Of a stretch of DNA of 64,000 nt, positions 43,201 through 57,400 are shown piece after piece (the stretch's first letter is position 1; each line of letters opens with the position of its first letter). The notes beneath the pieces were generated by a model, which saw only the letters and a program-made list of their open reading frames with translations, was not told the DNA's origin and made no database searches. A program made the translations under genes and the position numbers. This DNA is from the human T2T-CHM13v2.0 reference genome, Homo sapiens. The stretch lies in the NCBI RefSeq assembly GCF_009914755.1, contig NC_060937.1. The stretch is one strand, 5' to 3'.

Positions 43201-46200
43201 ACATGAAATATCAAATTTCCCAAACTATATATTATATACTGTACATAAAATATGAATGTATCCAATGTATATATTCTATACTGTACAAAAAATATCAAAG
43301 TACCCAAACCATGTATTTTATACTGTACATAAAATATGAAAGTACATCAAATATATATTTTATTCTGTACATAAAATATCAAAGTACACCAGATATATAT
43401 TCTATAGTGTACATAAAATATCAAAGTACCCAAACTATACATTATACACTGTACATAAAATATGAAATTACATCAAATATATATTAGGTACATAAAATAT
43501 GAAAGTACATCAAATATAGATTATATACTGTACATAAAATATCAAAGTACCCCAAATATATATTATATACTCTACATGAAATATCAAAGTTCACAAACTA
43601 TATATTATATACTGTACATAAAATATCAAAGTACCCAAGGTATATATTCTATACTGTACAAAAAATATCAAAGTACCCAAGCATGTATTATATACTGTAC
43701 ATAAAATATGAAACTACATCAAATATATATTTTATTCTGTACATAAAATATCAAAGTACACCAGACATATATTCTATAGTGTACATAAAATATCAAAGTA
43801 CCCAAACTATACATTATATACTGTACATAAAATATGAAATTACATCAAATATATATTATATTAGGTACATAAAATATGAAAGTACATCAAATATAGATTA
43901 TATACTGTACATGAAATACCAAAGTACCCCAATTATATATTTTATACGGTACATGAAATATCAAAGTTCACAAACTATATATTATATATTGTACATAAAA
44001 AATCAAAGTACCCAAGGTATATATTCCATACTGTACAAAAAATATCAAAGTACCCAAAGCATGTATTATATACTGTACATAAAATATGAAAGTACATCAA
44101 ATATATATTTTATTCTGTACATAAAATATCAAAGTACACCAGATATATATTCTATAGTGTGCATAAAATATCAAAGTACCCAAACTATACATTATATACT
44201 GTACATAAAATATGAAATTACATCAAATTTATATTAGCTACATAAAATATGAAAGTACATCAAATATAGATTATATACTGTACATAAAATATCAAAGTAC
44301 CCCAAATATATATTATATACTCTACATGAAATATCAAAGTTCACAAACTATATATTATATACTGTACATAAAATATCCAAGTACCCAAGGTATATATTCT
44401 ATACTGTACAAAAAATATCAACGTACCCAAAGCATGTATTATATACTGTATATAAAATATGAAAGTACATCATATATATATTTTATTCTGTACATAAAAT
44501 ATCAAAGTACACCAGATATATATTCTATAGTGTACATAAAATAACAAAGTAAAAAACTATAAAATATATGCTTTACATAAAATATGAAATTACATCAAAT
44601 ATATATTAGGTACATAAAATATGAAAGTACATCAAATATAGATTATATACTGTACATAAAATATCAATATACCCCAAATATATATTTTATACTCTACATG
44701 AAATATCAAAGTTCATAAACCATATATTATATACTGTACATAAAATATCAAAGTACCCAAGGTATATATTCTATACTGTACAAAAAATATCAAAGTACCC
44801 AAAGCATGTATTATATACTGTACATAAAATATGAAACTACATCAAATATATATTTTATTCTGTAAATAAAATATCAAAGTACACCAGATATATATTCTAT
44901 AGTGTACATAAAATATCAAAGTACCCAAACTATTTATTATATACTGTACATAAAATATGAAATTACATCAAATATATATTATATTAGGTACATAAAATAT
45001 GAAAGTACATCAAATATAGATTATATACTCTACATGAAATACCAAAGTACCCGAAATATATATTTTATACAGTACATGAAATATCAAAGTTCACAAAATA
45101 TATATTATATACTGTACATAAAATATCAAAGTACCCATGGTATATATTCTATACTGTACAAAAAATATGAAAGTACCCAAAGCATGTATTATATACTGTA
45201 CATAAAATATGAAAGTACATCAAATATATATTTTATTCTGTACATAAAATATCAAAGTACACCAGATATATATTCTATAGTGTTCATAAAATATAAAAGT
45301 ACCCAAACTATACATTATATACTGTACATAAAATATGAAATTACATCAAATATATATTATATTAGGTACATAAAATATGAAAGTACATCAAATATAGATT
45401 ATATACTGTACATAAAATATCAAAGTACCCCTAATATATATTATATACTCTACATGAAATGTCAAAGTTCACAAACTATATATTATATACTGTACATAAA
45501 ATATCAAAGTACCCAAGGTATGTATTCTATACTGTCCAAAAAATATCAAAGTATCCAAAGCATGTATTATATACTGTATATAAAATATGAAAGTACATTA
45601 AATATATATTTTATTCTGTACATAAAATATCAAAGTACACCAGATATATATTCTATAGTGTACATAAAATAACAAAGTACACAAACTATAAATTATATAC
45701 TGTACATAAAATATGAAATTACATCAAATATATTTTAGGTACATAAAATATGAAAGTACATCAAATATAGATTATATACTGTACATATAATATTAATGTA
45801 CCCCAAATATATATTTTATACTCTACATGAAATATCAAAGTTCACAAACCATACATTATATACTGTACATAAAATATCAAAGTACCGAAGGTATATATTC
45901 TATACTGTACAAAAAATATCAAAGTACCCAAAGCATGTATTTTATACTGTACATAAAATATGAAAGTACATCAAATATATATTTTATTCTGTACATAAAA
46001 TATCAAAGTACACCAGATATATATTCTATAGTGTACATAAAATATCAAAGTACCCAAACTATACATTATATACTGTACATAAAATATGAAATTACATCAA
46101 ATATATATTAGGTACATAAAATATGAAAGTACATCAAATATAGATTATATACTGTACATAAAATATCAATGTACCCCAAATATATATTATATGCTCTATA

Positions 46201-49200
46201 TGAAATATCAAAGTTCACAAACTATATATTATATACTGTACATAAAATATCAAAGTACCCTAGGTATATATTCTATACTGTACAAAAAATATCAAAGTAC
46301 CCAAAGCATGTATTATATACTGTACATAAAATATGAAAGTACATCAAATATATATTTTATTCTGTACATAAAATATCAAAGTACACCAGATATATATTCT
46401 CTAGTGTACATAAAATATCAAAGTACCCAAACTATACATTATGTACTGTACATAAAATATGAAATTACATCAAATATATATTTTATTCTGTACATAAAAT
46501 ATCAAAGTACCCCAAATGTATATTATATACTGTACATGAAATATCAAAGTTCCCAAACTATATATTATATACTGTACATAAAATATGAATGTATCCAATG
46601 TATATATTCTATACTGTACAAAAAATATCAAAGTACCCAAACCATGTATTTTATACTGTACATAAAATATGAAAGTACATCAAATATATATTTTATTCTG
46701 TACATAAAATATCAAAGTACACCAGATATATATTCTATAGTGTACATAAAATATCAAAGTACCCAAACTATACATTATACACTGTACATAAAATATGAAA
46801 TTACATCAAATATATATTAGGTACATAAAATATGAAAGTACATCAAATATAGATTATATACTGTACATAAAATATCAAAGTACCCCAAATATATATTATA
46901 TACTCTACATGAAATATCAAAGTTCACAAACTATATATTATATACTGTACATAAAATATCAAAGTACCCAAGGTATATATTCTATACTGTACAAAAAATA
47001 TCAAAGTACCCAAAGCATGTATTATATACTGTACATAAAATATGAAAGTACATCAAATATATATTTTATTCTGTACATAAAATATCAAAGTACACCAGAT
47101 ATATATTCTATAGTGTACATAAAATAACAAAGTACACAAACTATAAAATATATACTGTACATAAAATGTGAAATTACATCAAATATATATTAGGTACATA
47201 ATATATGAAAGTACATCAAATATAGATTATATACTGTACATAAAATATCAATGTACCCCAAATATATATTTTATACTCTACATGAAATATCAAAGTTCAC
47301 AAACCATATATTATATACTGTACATAAAATATCAAAATACCCAAGGTATATATTCTATACTGTACAAAAAATATCAAAGTACCCAAGCATGTATTATATA
47401 CTGTACATAAAATATGAAACTACATCAAATATATATTTTATTCTGTACATAAAATATCAAAGTACACCAGACATATATTCTATAGTGTACATAAAATATC
47501 AAAGTACCCAAACTATACATTATATACTGTACATAAAATATGAAATTACATCAAATATATATTATATTAGGTACATAAAATATGAAAGCACATCAAATAT
47601 AGATTATATACTGTACATTAAATACCAAAGTACCCCAAACATATATTTTATACTGTACATCAAATATCAAAGTTCACAAACTATATATTATATACTGTAC
47701 ATAAAATATCAAAGTAGCCATGGTATACATTCTATACTGTACAAAAAATATCAAAATACCAAAAGCATGTATTATATACTGTACATAAAATATGAAAGTA
47801 CATCAAATATATATTTTATTCTGTACATAAAATATCAAAGTACACCAGATATATATTCTATAGTGTACATAAAATATAAAAGTACCCAAACTATACATTA
47901 TATACTGTACATAAAATATGAAATTACATCAAATATATATTATATTAGGTACATAAAATATGAAAGTACATCAAATATAGATTATATACTGTACATAAAA
48001 TATCAAAGTACCCCAAATATATATTATATACTCTACATGAAATATCAAAGTTTACAAACTATATATTATATACTGTACATAAAATATCAAAGTACCCAAG
48101 GTATGTATTCTATACTGTCCAAAAAATATCAAAGTATCCAAAGCATGTATTATATACTGTATATAAAATATGAAAGTACATTAAATATATATTTTATTCT
48201 GTACATAAAATATCAAAGTGCACCAGATACATATTCTATAGTGTACATAAAATAACAACGTACACAAACTATATATTATATACTGTACATAAAATATGAA
48301 ATTACATCAAATATATATTAGGTACATAAAATATGAAAGTACATCAAATATAGATTATATACTGTACATATAATATCAATGTACCCCAAATATATATTTT
48401 ATACTCTACATGAAATATCAAAGTTCACACACCATACATTATATACTGTACATAAAATATCAAAGTACCCAAGGTATATATTCTATACTGTACAGAAAAT
48501 ATCAAAGTACCCAAAGCATGTATTTTATACTGTACATAAAATATGAAAGTACATCAAATATATATTGTATTCTGTACATAAAATATCAAAGTACACCAGA
48601 TATATATTCTATAGTGTACATTAAATAACAAAGTACACAAACTATAAATTATATACTATACATAAAATATGAAATTACATCAAATATATATTAGGTACAT
48701 AAAATATGAAAGTACGTCAAATATAGATTATATACTGTACATAAAATATCAATGTACCCGAAATATATATTTTATACTCTACATGAAATATTAAAGTTCA
48801 CAAACCATATATTATATAATGTACATAAAATATCAAAGTACCCAAGGTATATATTCTATACTGTACAAAAAATATCAAAGTACCCAAAGCATGTATTATA
48901 TACTGTACATAAAATATGAAAGTACATCAAATATATATTTTATTCTGTACATAAAATATCAAAGTACACCAGATATATATTCTATAGTGTACATAAAATA
49001 ACAAAGTACACAAACTATAAATTATATACTGTAGATAAAATATGAAATTACATCAAATATATATTAGGTACATAAAATATGAAAGTACATCAAATATAGA
49101 TTATATACTGTACATATAATATCAATGTACCCCAAATACATATTTTATACTCTACATGAAATATCAAAGTTCACAAACCATACATTATATACTGTACATA

Positions 49201-52200
49201 ACATATCAAAGTATCCAAGGTATATATTCTATACTATACAAAAAATATAAAAGTACCCAAAGCATGTATTATATACTGTACATAAAATATGAAAGTACAT
49301 CAAATATATATTTAATTCTGTACATAAAATATCAAAGTACACCAGATATATATTCTATAGTGTACATAAAATATCAAAGTACCCAAACTATACATGATAT
49401 ACTGTACATAAAATATGAAATTACATCAAATATATATTATATTAGGTACATAAAATATGAAAGTACATCAAATATAGATTATATACTGTACATAAAATAT
49501 CAAAGTACCCCAAATATATATTATATACTCTACATGAAATATCAAAGTTCACAAACTATATATTATATAGTGTACATAAAATATCAAAGTACCCAAAGTA
49601 TATATTCTATACTGTATAAAAAATATCAAAGTATCCAAAGCATGTATTATATACTGTATATAAAATATGAAAGTACATTAAATATATATTTTATTCTCTA
49701 CATAAAATATCAAAGTACACCAGATATATATTCTATAGTGTACATAAAATAACAAAGTACACAAACTATAAATTATATACTGTACATAAAATATGAAATT
49801 TCATCAAATATATATTAGGTACATAAAATATGAAAGTACATCAAATATAGATTATATACTGTACATATAATATCAATGTACCCCAAATATATATTTTATA
49901 CTCTACATGAAATATCAAAGTTCACAAACCATACTTTATATACTGTACATAAAATATCAAAGTACCCAAGGTATATATTCTATACTGTACAAAAAATATC
50001 AAAGTACCCAAAGCATGTATTATATACTGTACATAAAATATGAAAGTACATCAAATATATATTTTATTCTGTACATAAAATATCAAAGTACACCAGATAT
50101 ATATTCTACAGTGTACATAAAATATCAAAGTACCCAAACTATGCATTATATACTGTACATAAAATATGAAATTACATCAAATATATATTAGGTACATAAA
50201 ATATGAAAGTACATCAAATATAGATTATATACTGTACATAAAATATCAAAGTACCCCAAATATATATTATATACTCTACATGAAATATCAAAGTTCACAA
50301 ACTATATATTATATACTGTACATAAAATATCAAAGTACCCAAGGTATATATTCTATACTATACAAAAAATATCAAAGTACCCAAAGCATGTATTATATAC
50401 TGTACATAAAATATGAAAGTACATCAAATATATATTTTATTCTGTACATAAAATATCAAAGTACACCAGATATATATTCTATAGTGTACATAAAATAACA
50501 AAGTACACAAACTATAAATTATATACTGTACATAAAATATGAAATTACATCAAATATATATTAGGTACATAAAATATGAAAGTACATCAAATAAAGATTA
50601 TATACTGTACATAAAATATCAATGTACCCCTAATATATATTATATACTCTACATGAAATATCAAAGTTCACAAACCATATATTATATACTGCACATAAAA
50701 TATCAAAGTACCCAAGGTATATATTCTATACTGTACAAAAAATATCAAAGTACACAAAGGATGTATTATATACTGTACATAAAATATGAAACTACATCAA
50801 ATATATATTTTATTCTGTACATAAAATATCAAAGTACACCAGATATATATTCTATAGTGTACATAAAATATCAAAGTACCCAAACTATACATTATATACT
50901 GTACATAAAATATGAAATTACATCAAATATATATTATATTAGGTACATAAAATATGAAAGCACATCAAATATAGATTATATACTGTACATAAAATACCAA
51001 AGTACCCCAAACATATATTTTATACTGTACATCAAATATCAAAGTTCACAAACTATATATTATATACTGTACATAAAATATCAAAGTACCCATGGAATAT
51101 ATTCTATACTGTACAAAAAATATCAAAGTACCCAAAGCATGTATTATATACTGTATATAAAATATGAAAGCACATCACATATATTTTTTATTCTGTACAT
51201 AAAATATCAAAGTACACCAGATATATATTCTATAGTGTACATAAAATAACAAAGTTCAAAAACTATAAATTATATGCTGTACATAAAATATGAAATTACA
51301 TCAAATATATATTAGGTACATAAAATATGAAAGTACATCAAATATAGATTATATACTGTACATAAAATATCAATGTACCACAAATATATATTTTATACTC
51401 TACATGAAATATGAAAGTTCACAAACCATATATTACATACTGTAAATAAAATATCAAAGTACCCAAGGTATATATTCTATACTGTACAAAAAATATCAAA
51501 GTACCCAAAGCATGTATTATATACTGTACATAAAATATGAAACTACATCAAATATATATTTTATTCTGTACATAAAATATCAAAGTACACCAGATATATA
51601 TTCTACAGTGTACATAAAATATCAACGTACCCAAACTCTACATTATATACTGTACATAAAATATGAAATTACATCAAATATATATTATATTAGGTACATA
51701 AAATATGAAAGCACATCAAATATAGATTATATACTGTACTTTAAATACCAAGGTAACCCAAATATATATTTTATACTGTACATCAAATATCAAAGTTCAC
51801 AAACTATATATTATATACTGTACATAAAATATCAAAGTACCCATGGTATATATTCTATACTGTACAAAAAATATCAAAGTACCCAAAGCATGTATTATAT
51901 ACTGTACATAAAATATGAAAGTACATCAAATATATATTTTATTCTGTACATAAAATATCAAAGTACACCAGATATATATTCTATAGTGTACATAAAATAT
52001 CAAAGTACCCAAACTATACATGATATACTGTACATAAAATATGAAATTACATCAAATATATATTATATTAGGTACATAAAATATGAAAGTACATCAAATA
52101 TAGATTATATACTGTACATAAAATATCAAAGTACCCCAAATATATATTATATACTCTACATGAAATATCAAAGTTCACAAACTATATATTATATACTGTA

Positions 52201-55200
52201 CATAAAATATCAAAGTACCCAAAGTATATATTCTATACTGTATAAAAAATATCAAAGTATCCAAAGCATGTATTATATACTGTATATAAAATATGAAAGT
52301 ACATTAAATATATATTTTATTCTCTACATAAAATATCAAAGTACACCAGATATATATTCTATAGTGTACATAAAATAACAAAGTACACAAACTATAAAAT
52401 ATATACTGTACATAAAATATGAAATTTCATCAAATATATATTAGGTACATAAAATATGAAAGTACATCAAATATAGATTATATACTGTACATATAATATC
52501 AATGTACCCCAAATATATATTTTATACTCTACATGAAATATCAAAGTTCACAAACCATACTTTATATACTGTACATAAAATATCAAAGTACCCAAGGTAT
52601 ATATTCTATACTGTACAAAAAATATCAAAGTACCCAAAGCATGTATTATATACTATACATAAAATATGAAAGTACATCAAATATATATTTTATTCTGTAC
52701 ATAAAATATCAAAGTACACCAGATATATATTCTATAGTGTACATAAAATATCAAAGTACCCAAACTATGCATTATATACTGTACATAAAATATGAAATTA
52801 CATCAAATATATATTAGGTACATAAAATATGAAAGTACATCAAATATAGATTATAAACTGTACATAAAATATCAAAGTACCCCAAATATATATTATATAC
52901 TCTACATGAAATATCAAAGTTCACAAACTATATATTATATACTGTACATAAAATATCAAAGTACCCAAGGTATATATTCTATACTGTACAAAAAATATCA
53001 AAGTACCCAAAGCATGTATTATATACTGTACATAAAATATGAAAGTACATCAAAAATATATTTTATTCTGTACATAAAATATCAAAGTACACCGGATATA
53101 TATTCTATAGTGTACATAAAATGACAAAGTACACAAACTGTAAATTATATACTGTACATAAAATATGAAATTACATCAAATATATATTAGGTACATAAAA
53201 TATGAAAGTACATCAAATATAGATTATATACTGTACATAAAATATCAATGTACCCCAAATATATATTTTATACTCTACATGAAATATCAAAGTTCACAAA
53301 CCATATATTATATACTGCAGATAAAATATCAAAGTACCCAAGGTATATATTCTATACTGTACAAAAAATATCAAAGTACCCAAAGGATGTATTATATACT
53401 GTACATAAAATATGAAACTACATCAAATATATATTTTATTCTGTACTTAAAATATCAAAGTACACCAGATATATATTCTATAGTGTACATAAAATATCAA
53501 AGTACCCAAACTATACATTATATACTGTACATAAAATATGAAATTACATCAAATATATATTATATTAGGTACATAAAATATGAAAGCACTTCAAATATAG
53601 ATTATATACTGTACATTAAATACCAAAGTACCCCAAACATATATTTTATACTGTACATCAAATATCAAAGTTCACAAACTATATATTATATACTGTACAT
53701 AAAATATCAAAGTACCCATGGTATATATTCTATACTGTACAAAAAATATCAAAGTACCCAAAGCATGTATTATATACTGTATATAAAATATGAAAGCACA
53801 TCACATATATTTTTTATTCTGTACATAAAATATCAAAGTACACCAGATATATATTCTATAGTGTACATAAAATAACAAAGTTCAAAAACTATAAATTATA
53901 TGCTGTACATAAAATATGAAATTACATCAAATATATATTAGGTACATAAAATATGAAAGTACATCAAATATAGATTATATACTGTACATAAAATATCAAT
54001 GTACCCCAAATATATATTTTATACTCTACATGAAATATGAAAGTTCACAAACCATATATTATATACTGTAAATAAAATATCAAAGTACCCAAGGTATATA
54101 TTCTATACTGTACAAAAAATATCAAAGTACCCAAAGCATGTATTATATACTGTACATAAAATATGAAACTACATCAAATATATATTTTATTCTGTACATA
54201 AAATATCAAAGTACACCAGATATATATTCTACAGTGTACATAAAATATCAACGTACCCAAACTATACATTATATACTGTACATAAAATATGAAATTACAT
54301 CAAATATATATTATATTAGGTACATAAAATATGAAAGCACATCAAATATAGATTATATACTGTACTTTAAATACCAAAGTAACCCAAATATATATTTTAT
54401 ACTATACATCAAATATCAAAGTTCACAAACTATATATTATATACTGTACATAAAATATCAAAGTACCCATGGTATATATTCTATACTGTACAAAAATTAT
54501 CAAAGTACCCAAAGCATGTATTATATACTGTACATAAAATATGAAAGTACATCAAATACATATTTTATTCTGTACATAAAATATCAAAGTACACCAGATA
54601 TATATTCTATAGTGTACATAAAATATAAAAGTACCCAAACTATACATTATATACTGTACATAAAATATGAAATTACATCAAATTTATATTAGGTACATAA
54701 AATATGAAAGTACATCAAATATAGATTATATACTGTACATAAAATATCAAAGTACCCCAAATATATATTATATACTCTACATGAAATATCAAAGTTCACA
54801 AACTATATATTATATACTGTACATAAAATATCCAAGTACCCAAGGTATATATTCTATACTGTACAAAAAATATCAACGTACCCAAAGCATGTATTACATA
54901 CTCTATATAAAATATGAAAGTACATCACATATATATTTTATATTGTACATAAAATATCAAAGTACACCAGATATATATTCTATAGTGTACATAAAATAAC
55001 AAAGTACAAAAACTATAAATTATATGCTGTACATAAAATATGAAATTACATCGAATATATATTAGGTACATAAAATATGAAAGTACATTAAATATACATT
55101 ATATACTGTACATAAAATATCAATGTACCCCAAATATATATTTTATACTCTACATGAAATATCAAAGTTCACAAACCATATATTATATACTGTACATAAA

Positions 55201-57400
55201 ATATCAAACTACCCAAGGTATATATTTTATACTGTACAAAAAATATCAAAGTACCCAAAGCATGTATTATATACTGTACATAAAATATGAAATTACATCA
55301 AATATATATTTTATTCTGAACATAAAATATCAAAGTACACCAGATATATATTCTATAGTGTACATAAAATATCAAAGTACCCAAACTATACATTATATAC
55401 TGTACATAAAATATGAAATTACATCAAATATATATTATATTAGGTACATAAAATATGAAAGCACATCAAATATAGATTATATACTGTACATTAAATACCA
55501 AAGTACCCCAAATATATATTTTATACTGTACATCAAATATCAAAGTTCACAAACTATATATTATATACTGTACATAAAATATCAAAGTACACATGGCATA
55601 TATTCTATACTGTACAAAAAATATCAAAGTACCCAAAGCATGTATTATATACTGTATATAAAATATGAAAGTACATCACATATATATTTTATTCTGTACA
55701 TAAAATATCAAAGTACACCAGATATATATTCTATAGTGTACATAAAATAACAAAGTTCAAAAACTATAAATTATATGCTGTACATAAAATATGAAATTAC
55801 ATCAAATATATATTAGGTACATAAAATATGAATGTACATCAAATATAGATTATATACTGTACATAAAATATCAATGTACCCCAAATATATATTTTATACT
55901 CTACATGAAGTATGAAAGTTCACAAACTATATATTATATACTGTACATAAAATATCAAAGTACCCAAGGTATATATTCTATACTGTACAAAAAATATCAA
56001 AGTACCCAAAGCATGTATTATATACTGTACATAAAATATGAAACTACATCAAATATATATTTTATTCTGTACATAAAATATCAAAGTACACCAGATATAT
56101 ATTCTATAGTGTACATAGAATATCAAAGTACACAAACTATACATTATATACTGTACATAAAATATGAAATTACATCAAATATATATTAGGTACATAAAAT
56201 ATGAAAGTACATCAAATATAGATTATATACTGTACATAAAATATCAGAGTACCCCAAATATATATTATATACACTACATGAAATATTAAAGTTCACAAAC
56301 TGTATATTATATACTGTACATAAAATATCAAAGTACCCAATGTATATATTCTATACTGTACAAAAAATATCAAAGTAGCCAAAGCATGTATTATATACTG
56401 TACATAAAATATGAAAGTACATCAAATATATATTTTATTCTGTACATAAATTATGAAAGTACACCAGGTATATATTCTATAGTGTACATAAAATAACAAA
56501 GTACACAATCTATAAATTATATACTGTACATAAAATATGAAATTACATCAAATATATATTAGGTACATAAAATATGAAAGTACATCAAATATAGATTATA
56601 TACTGTACATAAAATATCAATGTACCCCAAATATATATTTTATACTCTACATGAAATATCAAAGTTCACAAACCATATATTAAATACTGTACATAAAATA
56701 TCAAAGTACCCAAGGTATATATTCTGTACTATACAAAAAATATCAAAGTACACAAAGCATTTATTATATACTGTACATAAAATATGAAAGTACATCAAAT
56801 ATATATTTTATTCTCTATATAAAATATCAAAGTACACCAGATATATATTCTATAGTGTACATAAAATATCAAAGTACCCAAACTATACATTATACACTGT
56901 ACATAAAATATGAAATTACATCAAATATATATTATATTAGGTACATAAAATATGAAAGCACATCAAATATAGATTATATACTGTACATAAAATACCAAAG
57001 TACCCCAAATATATATTTTATACTGTACATGAAATATCAAAGTTCACAAACTATATATTATATACTGTACATAAAATATCAAAGTACCCAAGGTATATAT
57101 TCTATACTGTACAAAAAATATCAAAGTACCCAAAGCATGTATTATATACTGTACATAAAATATGAAAGTACATCAAATATATATTTAATTCTGTACATAA
57201 AATATCAAAGTACACCAGATATATATTCTATAGTGTACATAAAATATCAAAGTACCCAAACTATATATGATATACTGTACATAAAATATGAAATTACATC
57301 AAATATATATTATATTAGGTACATAAAATATGAAAGTACATCAAATATATATTATATACTGTACATAAAATACCAAAGTACCCCAAATATATATTATATA
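40250..57400. repeat. 9-mer domain with mixed 373-bp (5-bp deletion in monomer G) and 378-bp units
   Basis: A-starts at 40250, 40623, 40996, 41374, 41747, 42121, 42494, 42867. Monomer G reads AAATATATATTAGG instead of AAATATATATTATATTAGG in many units. Diagnostics are ACCAGATAT (nearly every unit), CTCTACATG, AATAACAAAG and TCAATGTACC. Confidence 0.9.
49330..54590. repeat. Tandem duplication of a 2626-bp block (seven 9-mers: 4x373 + 3x378), moderately diverged
   Basis: Offset 2626 for ORFs 49907/52533, 50166/52792, 50539/53165 and 51512/54138. Shared variants are CATGATATA, AAATTTCATC, CCATACTTTA and CTGTACTTTAAATACC. Confidence 0.85.
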
